A stretch of 64,000 nucleotides of DNA, from the NCBI GenBank assembly GCA_964501265.1, contig CAZCSK010000001.1:86314-150313 (forward strand). The letters are read 5' to 3'. This DNA comes from an uncultured Actinomycetes bacterium (GTDB taxonomy: Bacteria > Actinomycetota > CADDZG01 > JAHWKV01). This document shows, in pieces, positions 45,633 to 55,210 of the stretch; the first letter of the stretch is position 1; each line of letters starts with the position of its first letter. The position numbers and the translations under genes were made by a program. The notes beneath the pieces are model-generated. The model was not told the origin of the DNA. It saw only the letters and a list, made by a program, of their open reading frames with translations, and searched no databases.

Positions 45633-46360
45633 TTCCAGTTTTCCAGCATTTTCGCAAAACGTTTCCATCCTGCGGGGACGACAATCTGAGCGCCGTCGAT
45701 TCCCGACTCGCGCAAAGAATCCATCTCGTCTATGGCCGCATTAAAGCCTGCTTCGCCATCATTTGAGAACCGATCCAGATATCCCGACGGCGGCTGCAAC
45801 TCTGGAATCTTTTCGAACACCCGGCGAGCCATCGCTTCATCGCGAAGCGCGATGACGCCACAATACAGCGGCTTATTCAAGTCAATCGCCTCCTTCCACG
45901 GTCCGACCCCAGCACGTCCGAAGGCCAACTGCGTCATGAAGAAATCCGCCTTGCCTCTCCAGCCGAGCGGCTTGCCAATCGCCGCAGCGACTCCCCTTTT
46001 GAATCCTTTGGCGGCTTCATCAGACAACATCCGGCGCACATTGAGGTCCGACCGCCCCTCCTTCACGGGATCGCCGTAAAGAAACATCACTTCATCGATT
46101 CCGTAGGCCTTCAAGGTGATCAAGTCGCTCGCCAACCGCAACTGGTTGCGATCGCGCGCATTCATTCCCACGATCGGCTTAAATCCGCGTTCCAGTATCT
46201 CCAGAGAAATCGCCAGAGATGACATAGCCGGCAGGCCCAGGTGATTGTCCGGCACGAAGATCGAATCGACGATCGGTCCGAAGATCTCGATCTGGCGCGT
46301 AACCTTCTTCAGATCCGGCTCACGGGGCGCGGCCATCTCGTAGATGAGCCTGAAGCTCAT
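45629..46360 (-). CDS. Methylenetetrahydrofolate reductase-like (MetF-family TIM-barrel) protein
   Basis: …FVPDNHLGLPAMSSLAISLEILERGFKPIVGMNARDRNQLRLASDLITLKAYGIDEVMFLYGDP… fits the MTHFR fold pattern. It is short (243 aa), so the family call is moderate. Confidence 0.5.
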   Translation of the reverse strand: MSFRLIYEMAAPREPDLKKVTRQIEIFGPIVDSIFVPDNHLGLPAMSSLAISLEILERGFKPIVGMNARDRNQLRLASDLITLKAYGIDEVMFLYGDPVKEGRSDLNVRRMLSDEAAKGFKRGVAAAIGKPLGWRGKADFFMTQLAFGRAGVGPWKEAIDLNKPLYCGVIALRDEAMARRVFEKIPELQPPSGYLDRFSNDGEAGFNAAIDEMDSLRESGIDGAQIVVPAGWKRFAKMLENWK

Positions 46361-47523
46361 TTCAGTAACCTGCGCCCGATCACCACTCGCTGAATCTGGT
46401 TGGTGCCCTCGTATATCTGAGTGATTTTTGCATCGCGCATCATTCGCTCCACGGGAAATTCCTTGACGTAACCGTATCCGCCGAGCAATTGCACGGCGTC
46501 AGTCGTTACCTTCATCGCGGTGTCGGAGGCAAATGCCTTCGCTATGGCGGCGAAGTAACCGACGTTAGGGTCCTTTTGATCGACCATCACCGCCGACTTG
46601 TAAGTCAAAAGACGCGAGGCCTCGATGGCCATCGCCATGTCCGCCATCATGAACTGGACACCCTCAAAGCGCGAGATCGCCTGGCCAAACTGTTCACGTT
46701 CCTTCGTGTACCCGACGGCGTAGTCGAGCGCCCCCTGCGCGATGCCAAGAGCCTGGGCCGCGATCGTTGGGCGAGAGTAGTCCAACGTCTTCATAGCGAT
46801 CTGAAACCCCTCGTTGACTTCGCCCACGACATCTTCATCGGGAACCCAAACGTTGTCACAAATCACCTCGCAAGTTGGAGATCCGCGAATGCCCATCTTC
46901 TTCTCCGACTTTCCAATTGAGAAACCCTCACTGTCGGATGGTATGAGAAAGGCAGTGATGTTCTTGCCTTTCTCTCCCTCGGGGTTGGTCACTGCGAAAT
47001 ACAGGTAGCGATTCGAGATACCCGCGTTCGTAATAAAGCGCTTCGTGCCCGTGATGCGCCAGCCGTCGCCGTCTTTGACGGCCCGAGACTTCATCGCCGC
47101 TGCGTCGGAGCCCGAGCCGGGCTCCGTCAGACAATACGAATACTGACTCTCACCTGTCGAGATTCCGTGCGACGCTGCCTTTTTCTGCTCATCTGTACCG
47201 GCAATCAAAACTGGAATTGCTCCGAGCCGGCTCACGAGATGGATAAGACTCACGCCTGCCGAAACTCGCGAGATCTCTTCGGCGAGGATGCAGACGTCGA
47301 GGGGCCCTCCGCCGGAACCTCCCCACTGTTCCTCGTAGCCCACCCCCATAAACCCCTGTTCAACCAGCAACTTGTGAATGTCCCAGGGGAACTCATCAGC
47401 CTCATCGATCTCGGCGGCGCGAGGTGCGATCTTGTTTTCCGCAAACTCGCGCACTGATTTGCGGAAGAGTTCCTGCTCCTCGGTGAGAGCAAACGATGGG
47501 GAGGCGCTAGATAACTCGTTCAA
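46357..47523 (-). CDS. Acyl-CoA dehydrogenase (short/branched-chain type)
   Basis: …LTEEQELFRKSVREFAENKIAP…, …YCLTEPGSGSDAAAMK…, …QLLGGYGYVKEFPVERMMRDAKITQIYEGTNQIQR… Start proposed at TTG 47523 (TTGA overlap with the thiolase stop); the ORF-track ATG 47571 is the alternative. Confidence 0.85.
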   Translation of the reverse strand: MNELSSASPSFALTEEQELFRKSVREFAENKIAPRAAEIDEADEFPWDIHKLLVEQGFMGVGYEEQWGGSGGGPLDVCILAEEISRVSAGVSLIHLVSRLGAIPVLIAGTDEQKKAASHGISTGESQYSYCLTEPGSGSDAAAMKSRAVKDGDGWRITGTKRFITNAGISNRYLYFAVTNPEGEKGKNITAFLIPSDSEGFSIGKSEKKMGIRGSPTCEVICDNVWVPDEDVVGEVNEGFQIAMKTLDYSRPTIAAQALGIAQGALDYAVGYTKEREQFGQAISRFEGVQFMMADMAMAIEASRLLTYKSAVMVDQKDPNVGYFAAIAKAFASDTAMKVTTDAVQLLGGYGYVKEFPVERMMRDAKITQIYEGTNQIQRVVIGRRLLK

Positions 47524-48704
47524 GCTTCGACCCGGATGATCAGCGCATCGCCTTGACCACCGCCGCCGCAAAGAGCGGCGGCGCCGAACCCTCCGCCGCG
47601 GCGGCGCAGTTCGGCGCTAAGAGTAAGCACCAAGCGCGCCCCGGACATCCCGATGGGATGGCCGAGGGCTATCGCCCCTCCGTTTACGTTCACCCTTTCC
47701 GCGCCAACGCCCAACTCCTTCGACGACTGGATGGCGACGCTGGCAAACGCCTCGTTCATTTCATAAAGATCGAAACCGCCGGGGTCGCGCCCAAGTTTGC
47801 CTGCGGCCTTGCGGATCGCATTCGCGGGTTGCGATTCCAAAGTTGGACCGGGACCTGCCACCATGCCGTGAGCCGCGATAGTCGCGAGGACGGTGAGGCC
47901 CTCACTTGTCGCGCGCTCGCGACTAGTCACAATGACGGCGGCCGCCCCGTCGGAGATTTGCGAGGCATTGCCGGCGGTGATCGTCCCATCGGCTACAAAA
48001 GCTGGTTTCAACTTGCCCAAAGACTCCGCTGTCGTTCCCGGCCTGATCCCTTCGTCTTCTAGGGCGAGCAGAGGCTCACCCTTTCGCTGTGGAATTTCAA
48101 CGCCCACGATTTCTTCAGCCAGCAAGCCAGCCTTGGTCGCTTCAGCAGCGCGCTCATGCGAGGAGGCCGCCCACTCGTCTTGCTCGGCGCGACTGATTCC
48201 CAGGCGGGCTGCGCAGGCATCGCTTCCCTTGCCCATGTGCTGATGATCAAAGGCGCACCAGAGACCGTCGTGGATCATCAGGTCGACCGCTTCCGCATTT
48301 CCCATCCGAAATCCTTGGCGTCCGCGCGGCAAGGCATAGGGGGCCCCGCTCATCGATTCCATACCGCCTGCGACGACCATTTCGACTTCGCCAGCGCGGA
48401 TCAGTTGATCCGCCAGTGCAATCGCGTTCAGACCCGAAAGACAAACTTTGTTGATCGTTATGCAGGGCACTTCCATGCCGATTCCCGCGTTAGTTGCCGC
48501 CTGCCGGGCCGTGATCTGGCCCTGACCCGCCTGCAAAACCTGACCCATGATTACGTAGTCGATCTGCTCCGGAGCAACTTGTCCGCGCTCCAGGGCGCCC
48601 TTGATGGCTACGCCGCCCAGATCCTGCGCGCTCAGATCGCTGAACGATCCAAGGAACTTGCCGATGGGCGTGCGGCTGCCGGCTACGATGACGGATTCGG
48701 TCAT
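47520..48704 (-). CDS. Acetyl-CoA C-acetyltransferase (thiolase II)
   Basis: MTESVIVAGSRTPIGKF… (ATG 48704 with caggaggg SD), active-site Cys region …NKVCLSGLNAI… and C-terminal …NVNGGAIALGHPIGMSGARL…GLAALCGGGGQG… The ORF-track N-terminal extension is rejected. Confidence 0.85.
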   Translation of the reverse strand: MTESVIVAGSRTPIGKFLGSFSDLSAQDLGGVAIKGALERGQVAPEQIDYVIMGQVLQAGQGQITARQAATNAGIGMEVPCITINKVCLSGLNAIALADQLIRAGEVEMVVAGGMESMSGAPYALPRGRQGFRMGNAEAVDLMIHDGLWCAFDHQHMGKGSDACAARLGISRAEQDEWAASSHERAAEATKAGLLAEEIVGVEIPQRKGEPLLALEDEGIRPGTTAESLGKLKPAFVADGTITAGNASQISDGAAAVIVTSRERATSEGLTVLATIAAHGMVAGPGPTLESQPANAIRKAAGKLGRDPGGFDLYEMNEAFASVAIQSSKELGVGAERVNVNGGAIALGHPIGMSGARLVLTLSAELRRRGGGFGAAALCGGGGQGDALIIRVEA

Positions 48705-48784
48705 TTTAAGACCCTCCTGATTGATTTCTTCTTCACATCTTATCGCCGCCCGGTGGAGGGGTCTCAACCAGTTAGGATGCGGCC

Positions 48785-49192
48785 ATGTTGACGAAGATCG
48801 AACACGTTGCGATCGTAGTTTCCGATCTGGAAGCAGCCATCGAGTTGTACACGAAGACGTGGGGACTGCCTCTTGTCCACCGAGAGATCGTGGAAGACCA
48901 AGGTGTGGAAGAGGCCATGTTGGCCCTGGGCGATTCCCATATTCAATTGCTTTGCCCGCTGTCGCCCGACACGACCGTCGGGAGATTTCTCGCGAAGAAA
49001 GGTGAGGGATTGCATCACATCGCATACGAAGTGAAGAACCTGGAGGCTGCGCTCGAATCGCTGCGAACGCAGGGCGCGAGCTTGATCGATGAAGAACCGC
49101 GGCGCGGCTCTCGCAATACTCGAATCGCCTTTGTACATCCCAAGTCAAACCGGGGCCTGCTGGTGGAACTAGTGGAGTTGGACCCCTCCTAA
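48785..49192 (+). CDS. Methylmalonyl-CoA epimerase-like VOC/glyoxalase-family protein
   Basis: 135 aa with an MLTKIEHVAIVVSDLEAAIELY… paired βαβββ pattern and …GEGLHHIAYEV… metal ligands. Confidence 0.7.
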   Translation: MLTKIEHVAIVVSDLEAAIELYTKTWGLPLVHREIVEDQGVEEAMLALGDSHIQLLCPLSPDTTVGRFLAKKGEGLHHIAYEVKNLEAALESLRTQGASLIDEEPRRGSRNTRIAFVHPKSNRGLLVELVELDPS

Positions 49193-49203
49193 GGGGGGGC
49201 GTG
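49183..49203. terminator. Short G/C hairpin (CCCCUCC-UAA-GGGGGGG) overlapping the epimerase stop codon between convergent genes
   Basis: Read directly; 7-bp stem including one G·U pair and a 3-nt loop. Weak. Confidence 0.25.
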
Positions 49204-49205
49204 TC

Positions 49206-50768
49206 TCAGGGATCCGTGACTTCCAAGGTCCGGCCTTGCTGAATTGACTTGCAGTCGGGGAGCGGCAGTTGGCTCAGAGAGCGACGGGCTCGTTGCCGGG
49301 AGAAATGAAACGACTGCCATGCCTCCCCGTCTCGGCTACCTTGCCAAGAGGCGCAAGAGAGCATCCGATTAAGAGCCGCTCGAGGTCCAGGCGCAAGCTC
49401 GCCGGCCCTCGCGACCACCACAGGAACAGCGTCGCTTGAAAGCTGGGACAAGTAATGGAGATCTAGTTCCCGGCCCTCAACCCATCGACTTAGGTTCCGA
49501 TTCGCAACAAAGGAATCTACACCCAGTACGTTAAGGGATAAGAGAAAGGCAACGGACGCGACCAAAGATAAAAAGGCGAACGACCGGAGTCGCCCCAACC
49601 ACTGCAGCGCCAATGTTCCGACGAGCAAGGCAGCAAGACAGAAAATGAAGACATGCGTGTAGGTCCGAAGCCGCGTGAAGCCATAGGCGTCTTCGTAAAG
49701 GAGTAAACGCTGGAGGGCAGAAACAAGTATCACCGAGGTGAGGAGAATCCAGACGCTGCCCAAGACGGAGAAGGCTTTGGCCATACGTCTAGAGTTTGGA
49801 GTCGAAAGCAGGCTTAAACCGAGAAAAAGAAAGAGGGTAAGGATCGCCACTGCCACCAGTTGGCCGAATCCCCGCCTTGCGTAATCTGAATAGGTCATGC
49901 CAAGAGTCTTCACTGCGGCTTCTCCGGCGAAGAAGTAACGAAGTTGAACCGCGACAAACGCGGCGAAGAGCAGATCAATGCTTGCGAGAACAACGAGCGC
50001 TTCAGTGGATCCCTTAGTACGCGCTTCGCGCTCGGGAAAGTTATCGAGCGCGCCATGATGGTTGATTGAATGCATATAGAGTCCGCCCAACAAATAACTG
50101 AGAATGCCCACGACAAACACTCGTGCCATGATCTCGGCCACAGACTCCGCCTCAATCCAATCGAGTGGATTGCGTAACATCTTCGAAAAGATCGGGTCCG
50201 CACTGGCGAATAGCAAGGAAAAAATAGCCAGCAAAGGTAGCGCCAGTAGGATGCCTCGCACCAGCGGACTTCCTCTAAACCGCCGTCCCCCCCGTTGATG
50301 CGAAGCCCCACGCCGCCCAGCGAGTTCCATTCCGGGCCGCACGAGCACGGCGATAATCAATTGGACTGCGGCGACAACATAGTCAACAAAACGGTACCGA
50401 ACCCAGCGGCCGGTTGTCATCGAATCGGCGAGAACACCCACTAGCAAAGTGGTTGCGAAATAGTTGAGAGCCAAGGTCAAGGGCTCCGCGCGAAAGATCG
50501 ATCCCAACGAAAAGGCCAAGATGAGGGCGATCAGCCACGCACTCTCTCCCGCCACGCGGGTCGACGTTAAACGCGCGATCAAGGCGCCTCCAGTCAATAC
50601 GAGGGCGACAAAAATCGGAAAGGAAATTCCCGGCCGCGTTCCCCAAAAGAGAAAGTCAAAGGCCCAGCCGATGAACAGTGCCAGCGGCCACAGGGCCGGG
50701 GAAACAATTGGCGCTGAGTCGACACCAAGCAACTCTTCGAAGAAGCCTCTGCGAGTGATCTCCTGCAC
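49206..50768 (-). CDS. Polytopic membrane protein, DUF4173-like
   Basis: 520 aa with >10 TM helices; the family call is from recollection of DUF4173 architecture. The C-terminal ~60 aa may be non-coding read-through. Confidence 0.45.
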   Translation of the reverse strand: MQEITRRGFFEELLGVDSAPIVSPALWPLALFIGWAFDFLFWGTRPGISFPIFVALVLTGGALIARLTSTRVAGESAWLIALILAFSLGSIFRAEPLTLALNYFATTLLVGVLADSMTTGRWVRYRFVDYVVAAVQLIIAVLVRPGMELAGRRGASHQRGGRRFRGSPLVRGILLALPLLAIFSLLFASADPIFSKMLRNPLDWIEAESVAEIMARVFVVGILSYLLGGLYMHSINHHGALDNFPEREARTKGSTEALVVLASIDLLFAAFVAVQLRYFFAGEAAVKTLGMTYSDYARRGFGQLVAVAILTLFLFLGLSLLSTPNSRRMAKAFSVLGSVWILLTSVILVSALQRLLLYEDAYGFTRLRTYTHVFIFCLAALLVGTLALQWLGRLRSFAFLSLVASVAFLLSLNVLGVDSFVANRNLSRWVEGRELDLHYLSQLSSDAVPVVVARAGELAPGPRAALNRMLSCASWQGSRDGEAWQSFHFSRQRARRSLSQLPLPDCKSIQQGRTLEVTDP

Positions 50769-50839
50769 TAGGCGAAGTTACCATCGTCGCAGAAGGGCTG
50801 GAGCTTGCTGAGTGCGAACGCGGGTTAAAAGCCTGGTAC

Positions 50840-50865
50840 ACTTATTTTCTGAAAGTAAGAAAATA
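50840..50865. promoter_or_regulatory. Near-perfect inverted repeat (cTTATTTTCT-gaaagt-AGAAAATAg) upstream of antitoxin gene; putative TA operator in an AT-rich promoter
   Basis: Read directly; lies 22 nt upstream of ATG 50888, with SD aggag at 50876. Confidence 0.5.
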
Positions 50866-50887
50866 GGAAACCTGACAGGAGCCTTTT

Positions 50888-51193
50888 ATGTCCATTTCGA
50901 TTGTCCGGTCCAAGGGCCAGATCACCATTCCTCGAGAGGTTCGGGAGGCAGCGCACCTGGAAGAAGGAGACCCGGTGGAGGTCGAAATGACTCCCGAGGG
51001 AATCCTGCTGAGGCCGCAGAAAGTGATCGACGCCACCCAGGCATGGTTCTGGACGCCGGAGTGGCAGGCGGGAGAGCGCGAGGCCGACGCAGACTTGGCG
51101 GCAGGACGTGGCGAAACCTTTAACTCCGGCGAGGAGTTCATCGAAGCTCTGCGTTCCCGTCCGAAGCCCGCGCTCCCACGCCGACGGCGCTAA
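50888..51193 (+). CDS. AbrB/MazE/SpoVT-family antitoxin (type II TA system)
   Basis: MSISIVRSKGQITIPREVREAAHLEEGDPVEVEMTPEGILL… is a swapped-hairpin AbrB-domain signature. Confidence 0.65.
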   Translation: MSISIVRSKGQITIPREVREAAHLEEGDPVEVEMTPEGILLRPQKVIDATQAWFWTPEWQAGEREADADLAAGRGETFNSGEEFIEALRSRPKPALPRRRR

Positions 51194-51199
51194 TAACGC

Positions 51200-51493
51200 T
51201 TGCCCACCTTCCGGTGGCTGCCTCGCTTCCGAGTGGACTTCACCCGACTGACTCCCGCGCGCAAAGCGATGTTTCTGACCGCTGTTGCGCAGTTCGTCGA
51301 GGACCTGCGATCGGGGGGGCGCTTCCGCAATAGCCTTCGCGTTAAAGGCGTCAAGGGCGCGCCCGGCGTCTTCGACCTGACCTGGGCCGGTGACGGCCGG
51401 GCAACTTTTCAATACGGAGATCCGGTGAAAGAAGGAGAGCCGCACGTGATCTGGCGTCGTGTCGGAACGCACTCGATCTTCGAGAAGCCCTGA
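51200..51493 (+). CDS. Putative type II toxin (RelE/ParE-superfamily-like), partner of upstream AbrB-type antitoxin
   Basis: 97 aa, 7 nt downstream of the antitoxin. …LRVKGVKGAPGVFDLTWAGDGRATFQYGD…HVIWRRVGTHSIF resembles the RelE/ParE C-terminal pattern. Confidence 0.45.
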   Translation: MPTFRWLPRFRVDFTRLTPARKAMFLTAVAQFVEDLRSGGRFRNSLRVKGVKGAPGVFDLTWAGDGRATFQYGDPVKEGEPHVIWRRVGTHSIFEKP

Positions 51494-51497
51494 TCGA

Positions 51498-52490
51498 TTA
51501 GCGTTTAGGGTCAAGCGTGGAAAGCGTGACCATCCACTTCGCCTTGTAGGTAAATCCGCGATCGTCGGTCACGTTCTGGTCGTAGAACTCCTGCACGGTT
51601 TGGCGTTGCTCAGGCGACACCCACAGCCGCACCAGCACGTCGCCCGTGCTCTTAGGCCCTAACAGTTTCATCTTAAGTTCGACGACCCACGTCCGAACCT
51701 TGCGTCCCGAGATGACAATCTCTTGCTTATCGATGATGCGTGCGGTGTAGTCGGCATCCGCCTCGCGATTGCCGTCCTCCCAGTGCCCGCTCCAGGCGGC
51801 CCCCACTGCTGCCGGAAATTGCATGTATCGCGCCGGGGGAATCTGTTTGATATGGATTCCTCCAGAACCGGGACCGATAGTGATATCCACGTCATAGCGA
51901 TCCCCCATCACTCCCGAAGAATCGACGAACAAGTCGAATTCTTCTTTGTGCTCCCCGGAGTATTGGTGATAACTCGTCCACTTGTTCGGGGCCGTAACGA
52001 TCACGCTGCGCTGGCCCTTTCGAGGAAACTCGCGGCCCAAGCCTCCCAACTCTTCCGTCGCTGTGGGTTCGGTTTCGGCCCCCGAGCACTGACCGGAATC
52101 CCGTCCGCACTGGTACCACTCGTATACGCCCTGCTCCGGTGCCCTGAGGGGGCCCTGGCAGACCCACTCGCAAGAGGGAGTTGGACTGACAACGCCTCCA
52201 GAAGATAATGAGGGGGGCAACGCTTTGGGCAGAGTCAACGCTGCGGCCGTCGGTTGCGGTGAAGAAATCTCTGCCGGAGAGGTGGAATCGGGAAGATTCC
52301 CCGCCGCGGCCTGTCGTCGACGAAAGTCATCGAGGGCGCTACTCTGCAGAACCTCTTCGGATGTCGTCAGGGTGCCGTAAACGGCGGTCAATTGCGCCAC
52401 CAAGAGTGCAACTATGAGAGCGCTGTAGATGCGTCGGTGATTTGACGCCCAGATCCCAGGCAGTCGAAGGATCCTGCGCGGTTCTTTCAA
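51498..52490 (-). CDS. Hypothetical membrane-anchored secreted protein
   Basis: N-terminal TM (ALIVALLVAQLTAVYG), a Pro/Ser-rich region and a Cys-rich segment. No family recognised. Confidence 0.4.
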   Translation of the reverse strand: MKEPRRILRLPGIWASNHRRIYSALIVALLVAQLTAVYGTLTTSEEVLQSSALDDFRRRQAAAGNLPDSTSPAEISSPQPTAAALTLPKALPPSLSSGGVVSPTPSCEWVCQGPLRAPEQGVYEWYQCGRDSGQCSGAETEPTATEELGGLGREFPRKGQRSVIVTAPNKWTSYHQYSGEHKEEFDLFVDSSGVMGDRYDVDITIGPGSGGIHIKQIPPARYMQFPAAVGAAWSGHWEDGNREADADYTARIIDKQEIVISGRKVRTWVVELKMKLLGPKSTGDVLVRLWVSPEQRQTVQEFYDQNVTDDRGFTYKAKWMVTLSTLDPKR

Positions 52491-52506
52491 TGTCGAAAGG
52501 ACGGAG

Positions 52507-53841
52507 TCAGGCTAGATCGCGCCATGCTGTGAGCTTTTCCCCGAGCCGGCTGCGTTTCTCATCGTCGGTGACGCCGAGACCTTCTGATGGCGCCATACAA
52601 AGGACACCGAGCTTGCCAGTGTGCGCGTTGTTGTGGACTTCGTACGCGGCCTGCCCCACCTCTTTCAGCGGATAGGTCTTCGACAAGATCGGCTGGATCA
52701 TTCCAAGATCGAGCATTCGATTGGCTTCCGAGGCCTCGCGGTAATTCGCGAAGTGCGAACCGATGATCGTCTTCAGATGCATCCACAAGTAACGGTTGTC
52801 AAACTCGTGCATGAATCCCGATGTCGAGGCACAGGTGATGATCTTCCCCCCGCGTTTAGCAACATAGACACTGGCTCCGAATGTTTGCCTGCCGGGATGC
52901 TCGAAAACGATGTCTGGATCTGCACCCCCGGTTAGTTCCCGGATCTTCTTTCCGAAGCGCGCCCACTCTTTCGGGTCCTGGCGGTCGTCCTTCCAAAACT
53001 CGTAACCCTCCGCGCTTCTGTCGATCACTAACGCGACTCCCAAATCTCTGAGGTGCTGCGCCTTTCTTGCCGACGACACCACTGCTACCGGGATCGCGCC
53101 ACCGTTCAAGCAATACTGAACGGCGTAACCTCCGAGGCCCCCGGTCGCGCCCCACACCAACACGATGTCCCCCTGCTTCATGCGTGCTCCGTTAGAACCG
53201 ATGAGCATTCGGTACGCCGTCGAGTTGACCAGACCGTTGCAGGCCGCCTCTTCCCAAGTCAGATGCGACGGCTTGGGCATCAACTGGTTTGCCTTGACCA
53301 TCGCGATCTCCGCCAGGCCACCGAAGTTGGACTCGAAACCCCATATTCGCTGGCGAGGATCGAGCATCGAATCGTCGTGGCCCTCCGGCGATTCGAGGTC
53401 AACGTAGTTGCAATGGATCGTGACAAGATCACCTGGCTTCCAGCGAGTCACTCCCGGCCCAACTCTTAAGACGATGCCCGAGCCGTCCGACCCGACAATG
53501 TGATAGTCGAGGTCGTGCCGGGCCCCAAGTTCGGACTCCTTGCCAAACTTCTCAAGGAATTTGAAAGTCGGAATCGGTTCAAACAGGGAAGTCCACACGG
53601 TGTTGTAGTTGATCGCACTTGCCATCACCGCCACAAGGGCTTCGTTGGGGCCGAGCGGGGGGATGGGCACTTCCTCAACATGAGTCGACTTGCGCGGATC
53701 CCTCTCGGAATGGGCCATGCCCTCGAACATCTGCGCCTCGTCCTTGCGGACGAACGCAGCCACCATAGATTCAGGAAGGGCAAGCCCCCCCGCGGCTTCG
53801 AAGTCACCCGCAGCGAAGGCCGTTCGAATCTCCTCTATCAT
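52507..53841 (-). CDS. ccr: Crotonyl-CoA carboxylase/reductase (MDR-superfamily enoyl-CoA reductase/carboxylase)
   Basis: 444 aa with an N-terminal extension typical of Ccr before the MDR catalytic domain, and …LVWGATGGLGGYAVQ… NADPH motif. Confidence 0.8.
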   Translation of the reverse strand: MIEEIRTAFAAGDFEAAGGLALPESMVAAFVRKDEAQMFEGMAHSERDPRKSTHVEEVPIPPLGPNEALVAVMASAINYNTVWTSLFEPIPTFKFLEKFGKESELGARHDLDYHIVGSDGSGIVLRVGPGVTRWKPGDLVTIHCNYVDLESPEGHDDSMLDPRQRIWGFESNFGGLAEIAMVKANQLMPKPSHLTWEEAACNGLVNSTAYRMLIGSNGARMKQGDIVLVWGATGGLGGYAVQYCLNGGAIPVAVVSSARKAQHLRDLGVALVIDRSAEGYEFWKDDRQDPKEWARFGKKIRELTGGADPDIVFEHPGRQTFGASVYVAKRGGKIITCASTSGFMHEFDNRYLWMHLKTIIGSHFANYREASEANRMLDLGMIQPILSKTYPLKEVGQAAYEVHNNAHTGKLGVLCMAPSEGLGVTDDEKRSRLGEKLTAWRDLA

Positions 53842-53925
53842 CTCCGCCGCATTCTCTCACCTCGCTTGACCCGTCGGTCAACACGGTTATAGTGACGTCG
53901 ACCATACCGACAGAAAGGTTCAAGA

Positions 53926-54708
53926 ATGATCAGGTCCAAGCTCTTAACCGCGGCCATAGCTCTCACCCTTGCGCTCACCGCTTGCCAAACAACCACTGAA
54001 ACCACCAGCGACGACAAGACGGAGGCCAAGGGTCCTTCTCTTTCGATCACATCGCCCAAGAACACGTCAACCGTGGATGGCAATGTCGTCACGCTTGCGC
54101 TCGAAGTAAAGGGAATCGACATCGTTAAGGCGGCCGAAGGCGACACTTCTGGCAAGAACGGGCACTTCCACGTCTTCGTTGACAAGGACCCCGTCGCTCC
54201 CGGGGCCGTGGTTCCGAAAGAAGCAGGAATCATCCACACCACCGACAACCCAATCACCGTAACCGGGCTCGGGATCGGCGAGCACACACTCAAAGTCATT
54301 TTTGGCGACAGCACCCACACCAGAATCGGCGACGCCGTGGCAGCGGTGACGCTCAGCGTGAAGGGCCCCTCTGTCGACATCGACAGCCCGACCACGGAGT
54401 TCACTTCCGGGCAAGACGTTTTCCTGGCCTTCGTAGTTCAGGGCGTCAATCTCGTGAAGGCGGACGCCGACACTGCCGGCTCAAAGACCACGGGGCATCT
54501 GCATGTCTTCCTGGATCCTGCCGCTGCGCCGACGGCCGATGGCACAGCTATTGCTAAGACGGACACGATCATCCACGCGACGGAAACCAGTTACATCTTC
54601 AAGGGGCTTGCTGTGGGCGAGCACACCATCTGGCTCGTACTCGGCGACAAGGGCCACGTCCCATTCGGCCCCTTGGTAGCAGACAAGATAGTCATTACCG
54701 TCAAGTAG
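53926..54708 (+). CDS. Lipoprotein with two tandem DUF4399-like domains (conserved GHxHVF(V/L)D motifs)
   Basis: Lipobox LTLALTAC; two ~100-aa repeats each ending …GEHT(L/I)…. Confidence 0.55.
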   Translation: MIRSKLLTAAIALTLALTACQTTTETTSDDKTEAKGPSLSITSPKNTSTVDGNVVTLALEVKGIDIVKAAEGDTSGKNGHFHVFVDKDPVAPGAVVPKEAGIIHTTDNPITVTGLGIGEHTLKVIFGDSTHTRIGDAVAAVTLSVKGPSVDIDSPTTEFTSGQDVFLAFVVQGVNLVKADADTAGSKTTGHLHVFLDPAAAPTADGTAIAKTDTIIHATETSYIFKGLAVGEHTIWLVLGDKGHVPFGPLVADKIVITVK

Positions 54709-54718
54709 AAAGGTTCGG

Positions 54719-55210
54719 ATGGAGCCGTCCGTCGACTCGAGCGTTCTTAGGACTCGAGCCTACGCCGACTCGCGCCACCTAGCTACTCGCCGCGACATCT
54801 ACAAGTACCGAACCACATCGGCCAGTCTTGGCAGCTGGGTGCTGTCGCACCTGCCCCATGACCAAGGAAGGGTGCTCGATGTCAGCTGCGGCCCTGGCAT
54901 TTGGTTGGCAATGCTGGCCGAGCGCCATGCCTCTCGGGCGCTCGTGGGAATCGACCTTTCACACGGAATGCTCAAGGAGGTGGACGTTCCCGGCGCCCTG
55001 CGCTGCGTAGCCGATGCTGAGAATCTACCGCTGAGTGACACATCTTTCGACACCACGCTTTGCATTCATATGCTGTATCACGTCCCCGATGTTGACAAGG
55101 CGATTGGGGAACTTCGTCGCGTAACAGGGCCTTCCGGCGTCGTCCTTGTCGCCACGAACGGGGCCAACCATATGAGTCGCTTCAGAAGGACCTTCGTATG
55201 CCGGCAGTGA
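54719..55210 (+). CDS. Class I SAM-dependent methyltransferase (short)
   Basis: …VLDVSCGPGIWL…GIDLSHGML…PSGVVLV…. Confidence 0.55.
   Translation: MEPSVDSSVLRTRAYADSRHLATRRDIYKYRTTSASLGSWVLSHLPHDQGRVLDVSCGPGIWLAMLAERHASRALVGIDLSHGMLKEVDVPGALRCVADAENLPLSDTSFDTTLCIHMLYHVPDVDKAIGELRRVTGPSGVVLVATNGANHMSRFRRTFVCRQ

Noticed and set aside
47520-49148. ORF-track 542-aa version of the thiolase with a 150-aa N-terminal extension
   Set aside because: The thiolase core starts at MTESVIVAGSRTPIGKF with a strong SD (caggagggtcttaaaATG) at 48704. The extension is Arg/Ser-rich with no homology.
49206-49400. Possible ncRNA/riboswitch in the GC-rich 49206-49450 stretch
   Set aside because: No recognisable conserved riboswitch motif. 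The stretch is most simply the low-complexity C-terminal read-through of the 49206-50768 ORF. Not supportable from sequence alone.
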